The translations under genes were made by a program, and so were the position numbers. Source: the human T2T-CHM13v2.0 reference genome, Homo sapiens. From it: a stretch of 64,000 nucleotides of DNA. The notes beneath the pieces were generated by a model that was not told the origin of the DNA, searched no databases, and was given only the letters and a program-made list of their open reading frames with translations. Positions 50,153-64,000 of the stretch are shown here, piece by piece. Every line of letters starts with the position of its first letter. The first letter of the stretch is position 1. The stretch lies in NCBI RefSeq assembly GCF_009914755.1, contig NC_060947.1. The stretch is one strand, 5' to 3'.

Positions 50153-50544
50153 CTAAGTGCTTTATATATATAATTACCTTTCATCTTCAAAACCCTCTGA
50201 AGTTGATTCTACCACCACCATCTTACAGAGGCAGAAAATGATGTTCAGAGAGGTTAAATAATTTTTCCCTGGGGACCCTGGGACAGGAGGTGGCAGAAAT
50301 GGTTTTCAAACTAAGGTCCTACTCCATAACCCTTGCTCTACCCTATACCATCTCACCAAGCAGTATAAATGAACTAACTCATAACTGCTTCTGAGGGATA
50401 GAAACTTTGTACAGAAAGATCCCTCTTACAACCCCATCTGGAAGGTCTGACACTGTAGATGGTTGCATCATTTGCTCTTATCTTCAAGGAAACCATCCCA
50501 AGCACCTTATAGGTCTTTGATAGGATTCTGACTGAGGCACAGCT

Positions 50545-50720
50545 TAGAATTATGAAGCTGAAAGGAACCTTACAGAGCCTCTGGTCCAACCCCTGTTGTT
50601 ATAAAAATGAGGAACTTGAGGTGCAGAGAGGTTAAGTGGCTTGCCCAAGATGGTACAGCTGATGGCTGGCAGAGCTGCTCCTAAAAATCCAGATCTCATG
50701 TGCCCAAGCCAGTGCTCTAC
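50545..50720 (-). mobile_element. MIR (other MIR pieces at ~2260-2930, 49130-49260, 50130-50340, 51290-51450, 56030-56280)
   Basis: GAGAGGTTAAGTGGCTTGCCCAAG core. Confidence 0.65.
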
Positions 50721-53557
50721 TCTGTTCAAAAATACTGTATCCTCCCTGGGTCTTCTTTGGCCTTTCAGCCCATCTACCTTCCTCCAATTTGCCTGATAAA
50801 TATCGCTGGAGAATTCTGCTGACAATCATTCTCACCTGGGGATGCAACAAATCTCTCTCCTGAATAAGAGTTTTATGAGGCAGGAGACTACGAATCAACA
50901 AACCGTAAGAAAATTGGATCATGCACATTTTATAACATGTGTGTTTATGAGGCAGGCATACTTTCTCAGCCAATAGAGAAGAGAAAGTGGATGGGAAAAA
51001 GGGATGGGATTGTACCCTATGAAGGTGAGCTGGGTGAAGAATCTAAGTTGAACAACATCTAACACAACTGAATTTCAGTATATTGGCATACTTCCTTTTG
51101 TGCAATGTAGGTGTTCCTGGGTGTCAACCAAATTTTCCTACATAGAATCTATCAATCACAAAAAGTTATTTAGATACCCTCCTCCCAATACAATCAGTGT
51201 ACCCTTAGTCATGTAAAGAAAAAAAATCTCTTTTTGAGTGAATCTTAATTGTGTTGCTACAGGCTGTTAATATACTTTCCAAACCTCTTACCAAGCTGGG
51301 TGACCAGGCAATTTCCCCCAGTGAAGGCAGGAATAACAGTGCCTACCTCAAAGGCCTGCTGTAAAGTTTAAAAGGGATGATACACACAAAAATGTTTAGA
51401 ATAGTGCCTGGCACACCCTAAGTAGGATATTAAATATTAGCTACTATTATGTTGATTTAGGGAAGGAGCTCGGTGAGATCATTAGAAAGCTATAGTCCCC
51501 CTTCTGGGATAGGTATCCACTTTTCTGTAGAAAACAACCCAAAGAGAGATGTCTTAGACTGTCAAGTACAAAGTGAATAGAGAATCTAGGGTAATTACAA
51601 CCAACGCCTCCCATATTTTTCTCTTTCAGAATCCTAAATCTGCCAAAGAGGTTTTACAAATCTCTTTCTCAGTGGGGCAGCCCAGGGACCAAGAAATGGA
51701 TAGTTTCTTGAGCCTGGAGGGCAAATTTTCTTAAAGGCAAGTGGTTGCCTTGGGGTTTCTTTTCTTTAGTTGTCAATGTCTTGGTCACTCTCCAAGATGT
51801 TTAGAATGTAGCTCCCGTCAGAGGCACTTGCAGCTTATGAATGACCCTGGCCTATCATTCACTCATATGGCTCTGGGTATGTTTCTATCTTATCTTTCAG
51901 GGACAGACCTGGGCTTTCTGACTAGAGAATTCACTATGAATAGGTAGAGAGGTCCTTCTGCTCTGAATGGTTTTCAATTCCTGCACTCCAGTCCTCACTT
52001 GTCATTCATGTGTTAGGTCTACCTGCCAGTAGCACTCTGTCAGCAGGGTTGTTAAGCAATCTATGACCTCTGTAGGAAATGAGTCATATAGTTAGCACGC
52101 AGCAAAGGTTAAGAAAGAACAGTGATAATTCAGGGTTGGAGCATGGAAACCAGTAGTAGCTAAACTAGTTATAAATCCCCCAGAGATTCAAGTGTTGGGT
52201 GTTTGGGCCATACCAGTTGTGTTTTTATTTTTGTTTTAGTGGCAGGGTCTTGCTCTATCACCCAGATTGTAGCGCAGTGCCACAGTCATAGCTTGCTGCA
52301 ACCTCGAACTCCTGGGCTTAAGCAATCCTCCCACCTTGGCATCCCAAAGTGCTGAGACTACAGGTGTGAGCCACTGTGCCCAGCCCCAGTTGTGTTTTGA
52401 ATATTGTTCTTTCCTCTCAATAACATCTTCAAATCACTTATTTTCAAGGCAGTTGCTACTGGCAAGATGTAATAAGTGCACTCAACACAACATCACTCTT
52501 CTCAGGAGAATCCTGCCAACTAGTATTCTTAACCATAAGATGGCTATGACTGACTTAAGGGTCAAGCCTGGACTCACTGCTTTGTTACTCAACCCTGTAA
52601 ACCCTTTATTGGAAGACCAAAACTTAAATTTCTGACATGAAAGTGTATAGAGAATGAGAACTGTCACCCAACTTTCCAATACTGAAACCATCCCCTCATC
52701 CCGCTGTATTTTTATAGCTGCAACTAAAAGAACTATAGCCATGGCACCCCTGATCTGTACCTTATTCCTTCAGCTGTAATAAAATGTTCTCCCACTCCCC
52801 TTGCCTTTTTTCTCATGTCAAGCTCTGGAGGAAACAATTGTTATCCCAGGAAGGAGAAGGTGGCAGATGCTTTCTGCTATTGGCACATAGATAATATCAG
52901 CTCAGGGGGAATGTACTTCCACCCCTGTGCCCAGTAAGTGCCAGGATCTGGTCCAGGGAGGCTGAGGTGGCTCTGCTGTTGGGTGGTGGGAGAGCAATGT
53001 TAACAAAGCACTCAGGCTGTGCTGTGCACTGATGACTCAGGAATCCCACGCGATCCCACGCTCATGCTAGTCGCCACATCCAGGAACTAAAATAGACCTC
53101 TGGTGCTATGAGACAGCAGGCCTTTAGATCTGCTCAGAAAAATAAGCCCGGTCCTAACAACTGGCATGCTATTCAATACAATGGAATGTTACACAGCCAT
53201 TAAAGATGGCAATTATGTGCACTGTGTGGGTGGAAACCAGAATGTGAAATAATGTTAAGTGAAAACAGCAGAATAGGAAAGAGCAGATATACATGCTGAT
53301 CCTAACTATGTAAAGCATACATATAAGAGCACTTCTCTAAAGAACTTAAAAGAATGAAGAGTTCCACAGTTCTTTTACATTCCACACCCCCTACTCCAAC
53401 ACATTCTTAATATACATTTTTTTTTTTTTAGAAAATTGTCATGCTGATTACACTAGGTTACAAAGACACCTGTCTTTTAGCTAACACAGGAGTTAACTCC
53501 ACTGATAATGTGGTTCAGGGACTAAAGGAGAACTGAATACTAAGGGGGCTGGTGCCC

Positions 53558-54003
53558 CATCATTTGGAGCAACGTGGATGGAACTAGAGGTCATTATGTT
53601 AAATGAAATAAGCCAGGCACACAAAGACAAATATCGTATGTTCTCACTCATATTTGGGTGCTAACAAAGTTATCTCATGGAGGTAGAGAATAGAATGATA
53701 GATACCAGAGGCTGGGAAGGGTGGAGCGGGGAGCGGAGAAAGAGATGTCGGTTAATGAATACAAACATACAGTTATAATAGAAGGAATAAGTTCTAATGT
53801 CCAATAGCACAGTAGGGTGACTATAGTTAACAATCATTTATTGTATATTTCAAAACAGCTAGAAGAGTTTAAACATTCCCAACAAAGAAAAAATGTTTGA
53901 GGCAACAAATATCTCAATTACCCTGATCTGATCATTACACATTGTATGCATATATCGAAACATCACATGAAAAAATATGTGCAACTATTATGTATCAACA
54001 AAA
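53558..54003 (+). mobile_element. L1MA 3' end
   Basis: CAACGTGGATGGAACTAGAGGTCATTATGTTAA...TTACCCTGATCTGATCATTACAC. Confidence 0.8.
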
Positions 54004-55400
54004 ATGGCCTGGATCGTTCCTCTTCCTCCCCTCGCCCCCTTATGTTCAGGGAACTTGCTCAAACACAATTACCATTTCAGGTTTGGCACTACAGTGAGAA
54101 ATTCCTTCCTAACTCCAAGCCGACCAAATAAGTCTAAGATGGGAGATTAAGAAAATTTACATTTCCAGCCTGGGCAACATAGCGAGACCTCATCTCTACT
54201 AACGATCAAAAATTAGCCAGGCATGTTGGCACATGCCTGTAGTCCCAGCTACTCAGGAGGCTGAAAAAAAAGGGTCACTTGAGCCCAGGAGACTGAGGTT
54301 GCAGTGAGCTATAATCACAGCACTGTACCCAGCCTGGGCAACAGAGTGAGACGCTACTCAAAAAACAAAAAACCAAAAAATAACTTATATTGAACCTCTT
54401 TTAGTTGGGCCACTGTGTTTTGAACTAGCCTTGCTTATATGGAAAGAAAGGAACTAGATTTTTTTTTTGATAGGCTTCTATAAGTTCCATATCTGTAAAA
54501 GAATTGTTGCACACTACCCCTCTTGTCACCTTGTCAGGGTTGGTACTTACAGTCAGTCAAACATCTAGTACATATCTGGGTATCTGAGTGAGTAAAATTC
54601 TCTCCCTCGAGATGTGGCCTTAACACCTTTCCAGACCTGGTTTTTCTAGAATTAGCTTTCAATCAGTATATTTAGTTTTCCAAAGACTATAGTTAGTTTC
54701 TTTTAACTTTGCATTTTGAAATAATTTTAGATTTACTCAAGAGTTGTAACTGTAGTTCAGAAAGTTCATGTATACCCTTCACCTAGCTTCCCCTAACGGT
54801 AGCATCTCATCTTCTGGTACACTGATCAAAACTATCACATTAACATTATCATCATACTAGTTACTAGACAACAGACTTTATTTAGACTTCGGTGTTTTCA
54901 CTAATGTCCTTTTTGTTGTTGTTGTTCAAGATTTAATTCAGGATCCCATACAACATTTATAGATTGGTTAGTTTACAAAAAAAATCCTACAAACAGGTTT
55001 CCTCTTAAGGAGTTGAAAGGGTAAGCTAGTAGGTGTTCTAAGCAAGTTATGATCCTGAGCCACTCTACCCAGAAGGGAACTCCATCACTTCTGTACCAAA
55101 GCCCTTAATCCAAGACGCCTCATCACAGTTATTTTCAGAAAACATGTCTTACATTAGCACTTCTCGCAGTAGTACAAAATGATTTGACAAGTAGGTTATT
55201 TTTAGCAACCAACATTATGAAGGTGACAAAATGAGAGAAATAGCCTTCCTTGTCTGCTTTCTATGCTTCATTTTTCTTCAAACCGTATATAAATTTTTAC
55301 TAAAAGCTGTAATATTTGACTAAAACATAAATGCTGAGAAACACCCACACCAACAGGGAAGGGACTCTGCGACGTGTTTGGTTTGACTTGCCTAAAATTA

Positions 55401-55735
<335 letters not shown>

Positions 55736-55815
55736 TTACAGGAAACAAATTATTTTTGCCAGTTAATCTCAATAATGGGAAGGGAAAGCAGGCTATGACA
55801 TTCATTTATTTGTCA

Positions 55816-56033
<218 letters not shown>

Positions 56034-57009
56034 TCATGCATGCTATGTGCCAAGCAATTTGCAAAGTGTTTTATATATACACAGATTGTTTCACTAATTG
56101 GTCACAGCAATCTCCATGAGATAAGTGCTATTATTATCCTTATTTTACATGGAGATGGGTGGTAAAAAGAGCATTGGAGAGGTCAAGTAACTTGTCCTAG
56201 ATCACAGAGCATGTAAGTGATAGAGTCAGGATTTAGGCCAGGTCAGCCTGACTCCAAAACTGCTCTGCTTGGCCAGTATGCTATATCGCCTATCTAAGCA
56301 CCTGCCATATTTCAGACACTGTGCTAGGTGTTACATATACAACAGTGACCAAGATATAGCTCTTGTCCTCTTAAACCTTACAGTCTAGTTGGAGGAGACA
56401 GACTACTAAACAGTTTAGTATAGCCCTCTCTGATATTCCTTGGCTTGGTTACGTATAAAGGTAATCAGTAAAGGCAAATGGTAAATACCAATATCCTGAA
56501 ATATTTCAATTCCTTTTGTAGATCCTCAGAGCAAAGGCCTCTCCCCTCCATGTATCATGAATGTCCCTAACAGTCACAAATGGACTTGAGGATATTTACA
56601 TGTTCCTCCATTGTGTGGCTCTGGGCCACATGTGGGCACTGCCACCCTGCTTAGTCTCCTTTGAAGAGAGACAATGAGAAACAATGTGGAAATACATGTA
56701 TTAATGAAATAGAATCACCTGATGGAAAATTGTTAAGTGTCAGACATAATAGCTGTATTTCATTTCAATTGTCCTTTTGCACTAACATTAATTGGCAAGT
56801 ACTAAGGGAGCTTCATGACTGCACTTTATGGGCATGCCATTTTGAAATATATTCCTTAGGAAAGTGACAATGATGCCCCTGTAAGCTATAAATTTCCAAT
56901 GTGATTTTGAAGATAAAGGGTTGGAAGACTTACATCTCAACAAATGACAATCATCTTCTCCCTTCCAGCCCAAAAACAATCAAAGGGCATTATCTAATAC
57001 CATAATACT

Positions 57010-61443
<4,434 letters not shown>

Positions 61444-61960
61444 TAAATTTTGGATTTTTTTGAGACAGGGTCTTGCTCTGTCATGCAGGCTGAAATACAG
61501 TGGTAAAACCATGGCTCACTGCAGCCTCCACCTCCCAGGCTCAAGCAATTCTTCTGCCTCAGCCTCCAAAAGTAGCTGGAACTACACGTGTGCACCACTG
61601 TGCCTGGATAATTTTTTTATTTTTTGTGGAGATAGGGTTTTGCCATATTGCCCAAGTTGGAGAAAAAGATTTTAAAACTTTCCTTCATGACACTGTTTTT
61701 GGGAAAACAACAACAACAACAACAACAACAAACCCTCAAAAAAATGTTTAAAACTGATATAAAACCCTATCACACAGAAAAAAAAAACCATATTTTGGTT
61801 CTCAAGATTTGGTTCTCTACGTTACCCAGGCTGGGTCTGGTCTTCAACTCCTGGGCTTAAGTGATCCTCCTGCCTCCACCTGAGCCACTGCCCACAGACC
61901 ACTTAAGTATTCTTGTCAAAAATGTGTTTTGTTTCGTTTTTGTTTTTGTTTTTTTTTTGA

Positions 61961-62119
<159 letters not shown>

Positions 62120-62339
62120 TAGTAGAGATGGGGTTTCTCCATGTTGGTCAGGCTGGTCTCAAACTCCCGATCTCAGGTGATCTGCCCGCCTCGGCCTCCT
62201 AAAGTGCTGGGATTACAGATGTGGGCAACCGTGCCCGGCCATCAAAAATGTTTTAATGTGAGTCTAATCAAGCCACTAGACCTAACTTCAAGTTTATAAG
62301 AAATTTAGGTCAAGAAAAAGTTAAACATGAACACACGTA

Positions 62340-62443
62340 AACAAAACATCCTGGTTTACCCAGGACTGAGGGGTTTCTCAGGATGTAAGATCAGTGTTCA
62401 AACTAGGAGAGTCCTAGGCAAACCAAGACAGTTGGTCACCTTA
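62340..62443. mobile_element. MER81-like hAT MITE
   Basis: CCTGGTTTACCCAGGACTGAGGGG...GGCAAACCAAGACAGTTGGTCACC. Confidence 0.6.
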
Positions 62444-62642
62444 AAATCAGACAAATCCATAATGTGGAACAGACCTGGTTTCTAAAAAGTCAGTGCCTTG
62501 GGTAAAAAGAAAAAGTGAGGAGATCATTCTAGATTAAGAGAGACTAAAGAGGCCATACACGGAGGCTCATGCCTGTAATCCCAGCACTCTGGGAGGCCAA
62601 GGTGGGTGCATCACTTGAGGTCAGGAGTTCAAGACCAGCCTA

Positions 62643-62849
<207 letters not shown>

Positions 62850-63151
62850 CTAAAGAGACACAGACAAAACCACCAAATGTAACATGTGAATTGGCCATAA
62901 AAAACATTTTGGGGACAGTTGGGGAAATTGAATATAAAGCAGTGCTACCCTGCCAGTCCACAGATGTAAATGAACAATGTCGCTAAGTCAGTACACTGTG
63001 TAATTCAGCTGCCTTTTTTTTTTTTTTGAAAAAGACTTTTTTGATAAAGAATGTGGTACTCTGGCACTCTGGGAGGCCGAGGCGGGCAGATCACTTGAGG
63101 TCAGTAGTTCAAGACCAGCCTGGCTAACATGGTGAAACCCCATCTCTACTA

Positions 63152-63391
<240 letters not shown>

Positions 63392-64000
63392 TCAGCACTC
63401 TGGGAGGCCGAGGCGGGTGGATCACCTGAGGTCAGGAGTTCAAGACCAGCCTGGCCAACATGGTGAAACCCCGTCTCTACTAAAAATACAAAAATCAGCC
63501 GGGTGTGGTAGCACACACCTGTAATCCCAGCCTCTCAGAAGGCTGAGGCGAGAGAAACGACTTGAACCCAGGAGGCGGAGAGGCGGAAGTTGCAGTGAGC
63601 CGAGATCGTGCTGCTGCACTCCAGCCTGGGTGACAGAGTGAGACTCCATGTCAAAAAGAAAAAGAAAAAGAAAAAGAATGTGGTACTATGATACACACTT
63701 TGGTATAAACTCCTTATCTTTTTGTGAAACATCAGGCAGTCTCCAGACCACACCTCAAGAAGCACTGAACTACATTAGATGACATTAGTGAAGATTAGTG
63801 AGGTACTGCTAATTTTCTTAGTTGAACTCATAATATAATGGTTATGTAGAAAAATGTCCTTATGCTTAGAAGATAGATGTATAAGGTATACATGTATCTG
63901 TATACCTTATACAGACAGATGAGGGATCTAAAGATGAAGAGTTGGCCGGGCGCAGTGGCTCATGCCTGTAATCTCAGCACTTTGGGAGGCTAAGGTGGGA

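Overview
Repeat-dense primate genomic DNA. It is human: it carries an AluYa5 and a MAST2-containing SVA_F1, both human-specific. The window holds the ARL13A locus (Xq22.1 by established knowledge). Its coding exons were rebuilt by hand from splice sites and phases: ATG at 31144, giving a 290-aa form that stops at 45947 or a 256-aa form that stops at 48025. Upstream are a 5'-truncated CSGALNACT2 processed pseudogene (~13271-16004) nested in old L1 sequence, a complete LTR-int-LTR MST (MaLR) element, about 45 Alus, and L1/L2/MIR/MER fragments. The notable signals cluster on ARL13A. (1) An antisense SVA_F1 with a 15-bp TSD puts a MAST2-derived CpG-rich segment 164 nt before the start-codon exon, and it also carries a 3' transduction. 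(2) A 113-bp tandem duplication of an acceptor plus exon start creates a stop-containing alternative acceptor. (3) An out-of-frame ATG lies 7 nt upstream of the start codon. (4) Phase-compatible exon-like segments lie beyond two in-frame stops, suggesting a truncated C-terminus. I see no convincing wholly new biological system. Repeat subfamily names come from recognition of consensus sequences, and repeat boundaries are approximate.
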